Positions 1 through 9,444 of a stretch of 64,000 nucleotides of DNA are shown here, in pieces; position 1 is the first letter of the stretch; every line of letters begins with the position of its first letter. The translations under genes and the position numbers were made by a program. The DNA comes from Sedimentisphaerales bacterium (GTDB lineage: Bacteria > Planctomycetota > Phycisphaerae > Sedimentisphaerales > SM23-30), in NCBI GenBank assembly GCA_963666285.1, contig OY762711.1; one strand, written 5' to 3'. The notes beneath the pieces are model-generated. The model was not told the origin of the DNA and did not search any database. It was given only the letters and a program-made list of their open reading frames with translations.

Positions 1-2
1 AT

Positions 3-1697
3 TCCGACAATTCCGCAGCATATTGGGCCTCTGGCATATATACAAGGCTCACAAATGATATCAGCCTTGCCGGGCATCATTTCAACTCAGCACCTATCGC
101 TCCCGACACTTCATCAAACGATGATTATCAGGGCTTCTCCTACAAAGGAACCTTTGACGGCAACGGACACACCATCAGCAACCTGGAAATACTTAATTCA
201 ACCAATGACTATATCGGCCTTTTCGGCATGATCGACACTACTGCAACCGTCAAAAACCTTGGACTGGAATACCTCAATATTTCCACTGACAACATTGCTA
301 TTCATATCGGCGGACTCGCGGCATACAACTCCGGTACAATCTCGCACTGCTGCACCAAAGGCTCCATCACTGCCGATAACAACGCCGGCGGACTTTGCGG
401 CACTAACCATTCTGGCTCTATCACAAACTGCTATTCCACAGTAGAGCTGTCAACTGTATCTTCTGCCGATACGCTCGGCGGATTCTGCGGCTATAACAGC
501 AACAACAGTCTTATCGATAAATGTTATTTCGCCGGCACAATCACTGCTAATGACGGATTTCACATTAGCGTTAACTGCTTCTGCGGACATAATAGCGCAT
601 ACAGCACTATCAGCAATTGCTTTTGGGACTCCGATATTAGTATCTGGCTAAACGATGAAGGATATGCAACTCCGGCTGCAACTATCGAAATGCAAACCCA
701 ATCAACCTTTACCGATGCCGGTTGGGACTTCTCTTTCTCCGACGGCAATTATGCAGACTGGGTAATTTACCCCAACAGCTACCCGCAGCTCTTCTGGGAA
801 AACTCAATAGCATATTCCGGAGAAACTACCTTGTACAAGCCAATCGGCTCTACAGACATAAATTTCTCCATCGATATTTTTGCTACCACTCAGCAATTAG
901 TAACCTGGACTATCACCTGCCCCAGCGAAAGTTATCTCATCGAAGCTGTCGATCCGAAAACAACTGCTTCCACTGGCCCGGATGATATTACCTCAGTTAC
1001 TATATTCTGCCGGGATATAAACTATCCGGAAGGAACTTACACAGAAACTCTAACACTATCATCAGATATCGGCGACAGCATTGAGATACCTATCGAACTC
1101 AATATTTACAGCCCTGTCAACATAACAGATTTTGCCATCTTCGCTCAATACTGGCTCCAGACCGGTTGTGACCTGCCCGATGCTCCCTGTGCCGATGCCG
1201 ATTTTTGCATCGATGGTACAATTGACATATCTGATCTAAACCTGCTTGCCGCCAACTGGCTGGTCATAGAAATTCCATCTATCAAACCAAATCCGTTCGA
1301 CGGATTCGAAACCGGTGATTTCTCGGCTCTGCCATGGGTTATCGACTCAAATGCTCCTTGGACCGTTGTTACAGACTCTTCAAACAGCGGTTCATATTCT
1401 GCCAGGTCCGGCCCTATTCCCGGCGGCGTTTACAGCTCGTTACTTCAACTGGAAATAGACTCAGACCTTACCAATATTAGCTTTGCTGTTAAAACCCAAT
1501 GCCCAAGCTATTTCACACACTTCTATTTCTATATCGATGATGAGTCTGTAGAAAAATTCAGCGGTATAAACGATTGGCAAACAAAATCATATTCCATCGA
1601 ACCAGGCGAACATAAATTCCAATGGTTTTATATGAACCTTACCCCAGACAGCGACCCGGAAAAATGCGCCTGGATCGACGATATTGAGCTGTACTAA
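3..1697 (+). CDS. Secreted GLUG-motif protein with dockerin-like motifs and a C-terminal beta-sandwich domain (5' end outside the window)
   Basis: The frame of ORF 228..1697 is open back to base 3 (..YKGTFDGNGHTISNLEI..YIGLFG). GLUG-like GGLAAYN/GGLCGTN/GGFCGYN repeats; 'NITDFAIFAQYWL' and 'DGTIDISDLNLLAANWL' motifs. Confidence 0.8.
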   Translation, partial: SDNSAAYWASGIYTRLTNDISLAGHHFNSAPIAPDTSSNDDYQGFSYKGTFDGNGHTISNLEILNSTNDYIGLFGMIDTTATVKNLGLEYLNISTDNIAIHIGGLAAYNSGTISHCCTKGSITADNNAGGLCGTNHSGSITNCYSTVELSTVSSADTLGGFCGYNSNNSLIDKCYFAGTITANDGFHISVNCFCGHNSAYSTISNCFWDSDISIWLNDEGYATPAATIEMQTQSTFTDAGWDFSFSDGNYADWVIYPNSYPQLFWENSIAYSGETTLYKPIGSTDINFSIDIFATTQQLVTWTITCPSESYLIEAVDPKTTASTGPDDITSVTIFCRDINYPEGTYTETLTLSSDIGDSIEIPIELNIYSPVNITDFAIFAQYWLQTGCDLPDAPCADADFCIDGTIDISDLNLLAANWLVIEIPSIKPNPFDGFETGDFSALPWVIDSNAPWTVVTDSSNSGSYSARSGPIPGGVYSSLLQLEIDSDLTNISFAVKTQCPSYFTHFYFYIDDESVEKFSGINDWQTKSYSIEPGEHKFQWFYMNLTPDSDPEKCAWIDDIELY

Positions 1698-1790
1698 ACT
1701 CCAAAAATACACTTTTTTATTCAAAAACTGACTGATAATGACGGTTTCTTCTATTTTTTTGCCTTTTTAACCGCTTTTATGACGCCAGTA

Positions 1791-1820
1791 TTGCATTGAT
1801 TAGTACAAAAAAGGTATAAT
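1791..1820 (+). promoter_or_regulatory. Putative sigma70 promoter TTGCAT-N18-TATAAT
   Basis: TTGCAT 1791-1796 and TATAAT 1815-1820, about 50 bp upstream of the 1872 ORF. Confidence 0.45.
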
Positions 1821-1871
1821 ATATCATTATCTAAATCTAGTTTATATATGAATTGTGAATTGTGTTGAATA

Positions 1872-3785
1872 ATGGAGGATAATATGAAATCACTGTATGC
1901 TTTATGTATAATTCTTACACTGTTGTTTGTTGACGCCCAGACTTCAAAAGCAGAAACACCACCAACTAATCTTGCCTTATCACAACCGCTTACCCGTGCA
2001 GTTTTTCAGCGAAACGATCAAAATTGGGCACAAGTTCCTATCCAGGGAACATATAGTGGCACTGCCACCAGAATTGAAGCACGCGCTATTATAATGGACG
2101 GTTTTACAGGCACTGCCACCAACTGGTTAACAATTGAAAACAATCCATCCGATGGCAGTTTTTCCTCTACCCTGAAAATATCGGCCGGAGGATGGTATCA
2201 ACTAGAAGTACAGGCATACAACGGCGACACCCCTTCATCTATCACCAGAGTTTATAGAATTGGCGTCGGTGAAGTTTTCATCACTGCCGGACAGTCCAAT
2301 TCTGCTAACTGCGGTTCTCCGGCTTATACTCCTGCTCATAGCACCGTTTCTGCATGGACCGGCACTAACTGGCGACATGCCTACGATCCCCAGCCAATCG
2401 CAAGCTGCACTGGAGGATCACCATGGTCAAGGCTCGCCGACCTGCTCATCGACGAATTAAACGTTCCGATTGGCTTTGTTTCCGTAGGTGTAGCCGGTAC
2501 CAGAGTTGACCGATGGGTTCCTTCAGCTAACGACTTGTATCCTCTATTGCATGATGCTATCATGGATATTGGGCCTACCGGCATGCGGGCGATCCTCTGG
2601 CATCAAGGAGAAAGCGACGCTGTCAGACCTCCGACAACTGATACAGAAACTTATGCCGCAAGGTTAAAACAGGTTATCCAGCAATCCAGGATAGACGCCG
2701 GATTCCCGGTGCCATGGGGTATTGCACTGGTTTCATGGATGCCTGAATCATATAACCAGCAGGAAGAATGGCGGCAAGGTGTACGAAATGGTCAGATTAA
2801 AGTTATCCAGTCAGACCCTTTCAACTTCCTTGGCCCGGATACTGACATATGGCCGGGTTCTGAATTTCGACATGACACTATACACTTCAACGCTTTAGGA
2901 CTCCAGCTTCACGCCGAAGCCTGGATGCCTACTATCAGGCAAATTATGCATCCATGGGACTTAAATCAGGATACCCAGGTTAACTTGCTTGACCTTTCTG
3001 ATTTTTCCTCTTATTGGCTTGATGATAGATACTGGTTCGATAATAACAGTAATATGGCAATTCATCTAAAACTCGACGATGCTACCAACTCAATAGCTTC
3101 CGACTCTTCCGGGAATAACCGCAATGGTACTTTATTCAATAATCCAACATGGGCCGGTGGAATATATAATGGTGCTATTAGTTTCGACGGCATCGACGAC
3201 TATATTCAGATCGAAGGATACACAGGAATCTCAGGCTACAATCCAAGAACTATTACCTCATGGATCAAACTAAATGAAGACCTGGAAAATAATGACAAAA
3301 ACTTATATGTGATAATGTCATGGGGAAAATCTGACACCACTGATCTATATAAAAAATGGATGGTCTTGATTAATGAAACCAGCGGACAACTGGCATTAGC
3401 TATTTATGGTGCAAGAATCGTCGGCGGACCAGATCTGGAAGATGGTAAATGGCACCATATCGCAATTGTATTACCTGACGGTGCCAATAATATCAACCAA
3501 ATTAAAATGTTTGTTGACGGTATTGAAGTAGCCACTAATGCTGATAGCCTGAACGCTGTTATTGATACTACCGCTTCTGAAGATGTTCTTATTGGCACTA
3601 TAGACACTGACCCGGCAAATGGAATCCAACATCCAAATTATTTCTTCAAAGGGCTTATCGACGATATCAGAATATATGATGTAGCGATGACTGCCGACGA
3701 TTTCGTCCCTTCATGCGACCTCGATAGAAACGGAACCATTAATCTGGCTGACTTCTCCGTAATCGCCTCACACTGGCTCGAATAA
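1872..3785 (+). CDS. Secreted sialate O-acetylesterase (SASA/SGNH) domain protein with LamG domain and two dockerin-like motifs
   Basis: Signal peptide; GEVFITAGQSN, LWHQGESD and DTIHFN SASA motifs; LamG (DGKWHHIA, FKGLIDDIRIYD); DLNQDTQVNLLD and DLDRNGTINLAD. Confidence 0.85.
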   Translation: MEDNMKSLYALCIILTLLFVDAQTSKAETPPTNLALSQPLTRAVFQRNDQNWAQVPIQGTYSGTATRIEARAIIMDGFTGTATNWLTIENNPSDGSFSSTLKISAGGWYQLEVQAYNGDTPSSITRVYRIGVGEVFITAGQSNSANCGSPAYTPAHSTVSAWTGTNWRHAYDPQPIASCTGGSPWSRLADLLIDELNVPIGFVSVGVAGTRVDRWVPSANDLYPLLHDAIMDIGPTGMRAILWHQGESDAVRPPTTDTETYAARLKQVIQQSRIDAGFPVPWGIALVSWMPESYNQQEEWRQGVRNGQIKVIQSDPFNFLGPDTDIWPGSEFRHDTIHFNALGLQLHAEAWMPTIRQIMHPWDLNQDTQVNLLDLSDFSSYWLDDRYWFDNNSNMAIHLKLDDATNSIASDSSGNNRNGTLFNNPTWAGGIYNGAISFDGIDDYIQIEGYTGISGYNPRTITSWIKLNEDLENNDKNLYVIMSWGKSDTTDLYKKWMVLINETSGQLALAIYGARIVGGPDLEDGKWHHIAIVLPDGANNINQIKMFVDGIEVATNADSLNAVIDTTASEDVLIGTIDTDPANGIQHPNYFFKGLIDDIRIYDVAMTADDFVPSCDLDRNGTINLADFSVIASHWLE

Positions 3786-3797
3786 AACCACAATTCT

Positions 3798-3826
3798 GGG
3801 ATACAGGGCTCTGAACCTGTATTCCC
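3798..3826. terminator. Hairpin between convergent genes
   Basis: gggatacagg-N8-cctgtattccc directly after the 3785 stop. Confidence 0.5.
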
Positions 3827-3886
3827 GGATATCAGTTAGTCGTAAGGCAATTTTTCCCATATGCCTTATGCCTGTTTATCTTCTCA

Positions 3887-4693
3887 CTATTCTATCCATA
3901 TCCCGTCATTCATATACGCCGCCGCATACGCATAGCTCATCTTATATCCGCTCCCTTTGGTATTACTATTACGGATCATAAACACACCGCCCCCAGGCAT
4001 ATCAGGATCATCCTCATAGCCGACCAGCAGGATACTATGCCCGTCAAACACACCATCAGGCCCCGGCATATTCAAAACTTTTTCCTTCCACTTAACTTTT
4101 TTCGGCCACCGGCACCCACCGCACACCGGCCGCCCACGGCTCAACACCTTCTTGACCTCCGCCAGCTCTTCATCGGTCAGTCCCGTTTTCGGGTCCCATT
4201 GTTTTATCCAGTGTATCCGCAGCTCATTCTCTTCAGATAACTGCCGCGCCTGCTCTTTCGCCGCTTCATCCGGCACCAGCTCAGGGTCAAACTTCTTCTG
4301 ATACTCCATCGCCTGCTCACCGCAAATACCGTACGCCTCGTAACCCTTCCACAGATCCGAAAAGAAACCGCCATCCTGCTTTTTGCCAACCACCTCGTTA
4401 GACGCCCAGTTCAGATACTCAACACTCAACCGTAAACCCTTATCCTGTTGGCATGCCACGGCATATTCCATCGCACCGACAACTGCAAATACCGAACATG
4501 TACCACGCCCGCCCTGCTGACGCTCCGACAGCCCCCACTTCTTAAACGCCGGCCTCAGGTCAACCCGCCCCGGCATATCATCCGAACCCGGTTGCACTGC
4601 TCCTTCGTCCGCACCCCGGCTCAAATTGCTAACACCGGCTATAACCAATGGTATAACTATCAACAATATTATTCTTCTTTTCCAGATATTCAT
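3887..4693 (-). CDS. Papain-like C1 family cysteine peptidase, secreted
   Basis: VDLRP, QGGRGTCSVFA (catalytic Cys), GHSILLVGY (His), IRNS (Asn). Start moved to the ATG at 4693 (or 4705), ahead of the signal peptide. Confidence 0.85.
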   Translation of the reverse strand: MNIWKRRIILLIVIPLVIAGVSNLSRGADEGAVQPGSDDMPGRVDLRPAFKKWGLSERQQGGRGTCSVFAVVGAMEYAVACQQDKGLRLSVEYLNWASNEVVGKKQDGGFFSDLWKGYEAYGICGEQAMEYQKKFDPELVPDEAAKEQARQLSEENELRIHWIKQWDPKTGLTDEELAEVKKVLSRGRPVCGGCRWPKKVKWKEKVLNMPGPDGVFDGHSILLVGYEDDPDMPGGGVFMIRNSNTKGSGYKMSYAYAAAYMNDGIWIE

Positions 4694-4745
4694 CTCTCTG
4701 ATCATCTGATAGCCATTTATCAAAAAATCTTCAGTATAATTTTCA

Positions 4746-5414
4746 TCAATATTCCGGCACTTCAATCTCAACCCGCCTGAGTTCAAATGACAGATCCACT
4801 TCCTGTCCCGTCTCCGGCACATATTTGCCAATTATTTCGGTGGTATATGTCCAGATATCATTTGCGATCAAGGCCCTTTCCCTCATCGGCTGAAATTCAC
4901 AATTTTCTGCCATTTTCAATAACTTACCAGCTTCGTCGTTTTCAACCAGCCAGAATACATCTTCGCCAACACAATAAGATTTACGCACCAGGCACATACA
5001 TGCATTAACAGGATCTCCAAGGATATTCATCTGGCCAAAACCATAGTCTGGCGGACCAAATTCCTCTATATATTTATATTGACCATTCACATTATCCAGA
5101 AATGCCAGCTCTGTTCGAAGTTCGGCCATTTTCCCCTTTGATATATGACCCTGGTAATATGGCGGGCCCGCTTCAATTTTATTACCCGACCAGATAAATG
5201 TACCGTCATGCCTGATCAGGTACATAACTTTTACCGTCACGGTATGGCCTCCATTACCAAATACCAGGATGAACGGCTTTTCAAATGTCTCACCGTCAGA
5301 TGTTACCGTATAACTCCACAACTTTTTCGCTGGCTCTGTCTGACACTTATCCGTTTCAGACCTCTGACAGCCGCTGATGATCAAACAAATTATTACACAA
5401 CTTAAATATCTCAT
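4746..5414 (-). CDS. Hypothetical lipoprotein
   Basis: MRYLSCVIICLIISGC lipobox-like N-terminus; no recognised domain. Confidence 0.6.
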   Translation of the reverse strand: MRYLSCVIICLIISGCQRSETDKCQTEPAKKLWSYTVTSDGETFEKPFILVFGNGGHTVTVKVMYLIRHDGTFIWSGNKIEAGPPYYQGHISKGKMAELRTELAFLDNVNGQYKYIEEFGPPDYGFGQMNILGDPVNACMCLVRKSYCVGEDVFWLVENDEAGKLLKMAENCEFQPMRERALIANDIWTYTTEIIGKYVPETGQEVDLSFELRRVEIEVPEY

Positions 5415-5700
5415 AACTGTCCACCGCACATCTTTCATTCTAATAACTCTATGTGACAAAATTAGTACTATTAATATAGGTGACCTCTGGAAATTGCTTT
5501 TGATGCGATAGTTTAAGATTTTGGTTGCTGACAAGGAACATAAGATCGTGCATATTGGGCTATATTCACTGTTATATGTGACGCATGTCAGCAGGCAAAA
5601 GAAAAACTAGTCGCTCAAAATGAATTTTCAGAGTTGCCTATATATCTAGCCATTGAAATCAAACCCGCCTCTGGCAAACACCTCCCCTACAGCACGCTCA

Positions 5701-6045
5701 CTACTGCCTGACCTCTTGTATAACTACCGCTGTCCCTTTACCATGAGCCATAATCAGAGATTTGTTCTTTGAACCGATATTATCAAAGTCCAGGCTAAAA
5801 CCAATTACCGCATTGGCACCCATATGGGCCGCATTAAATTGTATCTCAGTCAAAACTTCTGTTTCCATCTCACTCATTACCTCCTGATAACTTTCAGATC
5901 GACCTCCAAAGAAATCTCGAAACGCGGTAAAGAAATCTCGAATCACATTTACCGCCCGCACATTTCGTGAAGTAACCAAACCTTTATACTCAATAATTGT
6001 AGCGTTTTCAATTATCGGCGTTGTCAAAATTGGTATCTGTTTCAT
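5701..6045 (-). CDS. YbjQ/UPF0145 family protein
   Basis: ILTTP..I.EY.GLV, RDFFGGRS.SY, GANAVIG...D, GTAV motifs. Confidence 0.9.
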   Translation of the reverse strand: MKQIPILTTPIIENATIIEYKGLVTSRNVRAVNVIRDFFTAFRDFFGGRSESYQEVMSEMETEVLTEIQFNAAHMGANAVIGFSLDFDNIGSKNKSLIMAHGKGTAVVIQEVRQ

Positions 6046-6081
6046 TACATTTTCCTTTCTTCTTCTAAAATTATATAAAGC

Positions 6082-6450
6082 TCTTCTATTATTTTATCAC
6101 AAACGAAACGAGTCACCTTATAATTATTGGTACTTATCGCAGCCTTGTATTTTTCAGTTCTTCTTAATTCTCAATTCTTATTTTTAATTTAAAGCATTCC
6201 CTTCATGGCCAGGTAATATTCTTTGCGAGCTCTGCGGCCTCTGCGAGCAACAGTATTTTTTTCGTATTGTTTTTTAATAACGTCCATAAAATATTACAAT
6301 ATATAATTGCAACAATTATAAAAGAGCCAACATATGCGTCAGCTTTTAAAATAAGGTCCAGTACCGTACGGTGCAGAACACCTCAACTCTCCCATTTTCC
6401 CTCTTACCTTTTACCTCTCCATCCTCTCTTCTAACTTCTAACTCTTCAAT
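6082..6450 (-). repeat. Composite intergenic repeat (family A), copy 1
   Basis: 6082-6265 is a near-identical direct repeat of 8628-8818. 6340-6450 (heptamer run plus hairpin) is homologous, inverted, to 48640-48708 joined to 50123-50160. Confidence 0.85.
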
Positions 6451-6453
6451 CTC

Positions 6454-7476
6454 TTACTTCATAATTTCTTCCCAGCTCATCCCGCATGTATCTTCATAAT
6501 AGCAGCGAAAGGCTTCTTCGTCCCAACCATCAGAACACTTCAACACAATTTGCCGAGCCACATCCAACATCATTTCCCGATCTTTTTCTATATTGAAAAA
6601 CTGACAAGACAAAAATTTGACATTTAATGCATAAAAGTTATCCGGATCGCCCTCAGGTATTGTGTCAAATATCACCCCGGCTGCAGCAATCTGCCCATCT
6701 ACACACAACGTTTCTCCCATCATTTCCAGCACGTCAACATCGTCAGGCTTTACCTTCAGCAATATACCGCATATTTTTAACGCCTCTTCTTCTTCATCGA
6801 TATCATAATAAAGTACCTCAGCTTTTTGTTTCAGCAAATCATAATTATCAGGATTGCCTTCAAGTTGCTCATCTAAACGACGAATAATTGCTACAGGGTC
6901 ATAAGTTATATTCTCCTTCTCTTGCCGGGCACATTCATTTCCCGACTCTATCGCCAAAACCTTATCAAAACATTCAAGAGCTCCCTCCTTATCATCCAGC
7001 ATGTTCAACAGCTTCGCTTTTGCATTTAGGGCACTAACACTTTCAGGCTTATTTTTCAAGATCCGGTCATAACATTCCAGGGCGTTCCCATGTCGTTCCA
7101 TATCTTGAAAAAAATCACCTTTACAGAACAAGGCATTATAATTGTTCGGATCTTTTATAAGAGCATTATCATAATACCCAATAGCTGTATCCTCTTGATG
7201 ATTTAACCTGAAATATTCTCCTATTCGCCACAGGATATAATCATCACAGGTCTCAATCCCCAGTAGCATCTCTTCGTATTTATCATACTCTCTATCACGA
7301 AAATATAACAGCTCAGCTTCAAAAAACTGCAAATAGTCACTATTGCCGTTAGCCTCAGCTAATTTAACACCTAGCTCCAACAGCTTTATACCATCAGCAT
7401 TACCATTACAGTCATTCACCAGGTAGCTGATATAATTATATGTTTCCTTAAGTTTTCCTGTTGTTTTATCACTCAT
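6454..7476 (-). CDS. Tetratricopeptide repeat protein
   Basis: Repeated A..YD.AL..DP.N..AL..KG / ALECFDKVLAI units. Confidence 0.85.
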   Translation of the reverse strand: MSDKTTGKLKETYNYISYLVNDCNGNADGIKLLELGVKLAEANGNSDYLQFFEAELLYFRDREYDKYEEMLLGIETCDDYILWRIGEYFRLNHQEDTAIGYYDNALIKDPNNYNALFCKGDFFQDMERHGNALECYDRILKNKPESVSALNAKAKLLNMLDDKEGALECFDKVLAIESGNECARQEKENITYDPVAIIRRLDEQLEGNPDNYDLLKQKAEVLYYDIDEEEEALKICGILLKVKPDDVDVLEMMGETLCVDGQIAAAGVIFDTIPEGDPDNFYALNVKFLSCQFFNIEKDREMMLDVARQIVLKCSDGWDEEAFRCYYEDTCGMSWEEIMK

Positions 7477-7997
7477 TATTCAATCCAGATCTTGATGATA
7501 TAAAATTAAATGGTACCGCTCTTAATATACTATTTCATTTTTACTCGTACTGCTACCCTTTATATTCTTATTGCCATATCATTTTAGTCATCATAAATAT
7601 ATATCAAATTAAAACTTTTTCAAAAGAATAAACTTTTGCCTCAGCTGAAATAATCAGTATCCTGAAGAACATCGGGAGACATCGACACGCCTTCACTGAT
7701 ATGCCTTTTCAGTAGGCCCGGCACATTTTCCAGTCATCTATACTGTTTGCTCTTCTTCATTGTATCGATCATTATAATAGTATGTTTTTAACACTTCATT
7801 ATAGGCATAAATCAGCTCGTGCCGATTAACACTAAATTGTAAAAATAATCTATATATGTCCGCCCTTTCCACAAAAAAACAGCTGAGAAAACCTCACTAT
7901 TTACTTAATAACGCACTTTTTCCCTCTTCTAACTTGCAACTGCTATTTCCTAATTTATAACCCTGGTTTGAAACAGGACACCATCCAAAATCATGAT

Positions 7998-8552
7998 TCA
8001 ATCACTATAAACGAAAACATATCCAAATATACCATTATCTTCAACAAATTCTGAAAGATCACCAAAGACAATTAACTCTTGATCGTTATCATTTTGTAAA
8101 ACATAAAAAGTATAATCACGTTTTTTATATGGCAATTCTATTTGCAAAGAAATAGTTCCATCCTTTTTTGTTGCTTGATAAATCAAATTAAAAGACTTCT
8201 TGTGTAATGTAATATCCCATTGGTCAGTCACAACTTCTTCAGTACCAGGAAACTCAGGTTCGGATGGAACATGATAAAACACTTCTTTTCTAAACTGTGA
8301 ACTTGCCCATGACTTTTCAAAATTCCAAATATCAAAATATCCACAATTAGAAATTGGTTGTATCATCCCTCGAAACTTTCCATATGGAATCTCATAGGCT
8401 TTTATTGTTGCTGTTGTATGCTCTGTTAAAGCTTTAACGTTAACTTCAGGATATGAATTAGGCTTATATTGACATTTTTGATTAAACACCAGAGTACAAA
8501 CTATTACTATAATGCAAACTATCGCTAAAATACTAACTATTTTGGTATGCAT
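7998..8552 (-). CDS. Hypothetical membrane-anchored protein
   Basis: 184-aa AT-rich ORF with an N-terminal hydrophobic helix and gaaagg RBS. Confidence 0.6.
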   Translation of the reverse strand: MHTKIVSILAIVCIIVIVCTLVFNQKCQYKPNSYPEVNVKALTEHTTATIKAYEIPYGKFRGMIQPISNCGYFDIWNFEKSWASSQFRKEVFYHVPSEPEFPGTEEVVTDQWDITLHKKSFNLIYQATKKDGTISLQIELPYKKRDYTFYVLQNDNDQELIVFGDLSEFVEDNGIFGYVFVYSD

Positions 8553-8627
8553 TAGTGACTTACCTTTCTATCTTTTAAACAAATAAATGATTAATAATTC
8601 ATATTTCTTCTCATCCACGTAATCAGT

Positions 8628-9353
8628 TCTTCTATTATTTTATCACAAACGAAACGAGTCACCTTATAATTATTGGCACTTATCCGTAGCCGTGGTTTTT
8701 AATGTCAATTATTTTTTTAATTTTTAATTTTGAATTCTTAATTTAATGCTTTCCCTTCATGGCCAGGTAATATTCTTTGCGACCTCTGCGGCCTCTGCGA
8801 GCAACAGTATTTTTTCGTGTTCTTTCGTGAATTTTCGTGGTTGACAATCTTTTTCAGAATTCTGAATTTAAATATGCGACAGCTTTAAAATAAGTTGTGA
8901 GCGACAGCGAATTATTCCTGATGTCAACGTACATCAGGACACCTCCTTTACAATTTTTATTTTACCCTTTACACTTTGATGCCGCTTCGCGGTATCTGGT
9001 CTGCCCAGCAGCTAAAAACAGGTCGAAAGCCTCAATGTAAATTTCCGCCGTTATAGCTCCGCGGCCCGTAGCGCACCCGCCGTTGGCCTGCCGCACTACC
9101 GCCGCATACTCTCCGTTTGTATTCCGTGATACCACAAGAGCTCTTCTCACCGCCGCGCCAATCCACAGCTCCTCCGCAAGCCGCCGTGGCCCGCGGCCCG
9201 GTCTCCGTCACTCGCCGCTGGCCGACTCAGCCGGTTTCAGCTCTTCTTCCCGCCGCGCTAGCGCCGCGGCCCGCCGTTTATACTCCGTTATCCGCCCGCG
9301 AATATTCCGCAGGTCGTCGCGGTTCCTCCGTTTCGATCTATGGCCGTTCGTAC
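8628..9353 (-). repeat. Composite intergenic repeat, copy 2, including the phased RCGG array (about 9040-9353) and the empty IS110 target (8822-8840)
   Basis: Inverted copy of 12521-13018 + 14589-14711 + 16126-16176. Confidence 0.9.
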
Positions 9354-9444
9354 AAAAAAATACAATTATAAACCACACTCCAAAAGCTTTGATCGCCACA
9401 TCCGCTTTTGGTAGCACCAAAATCTAATCCGTTACTCATTTCAA

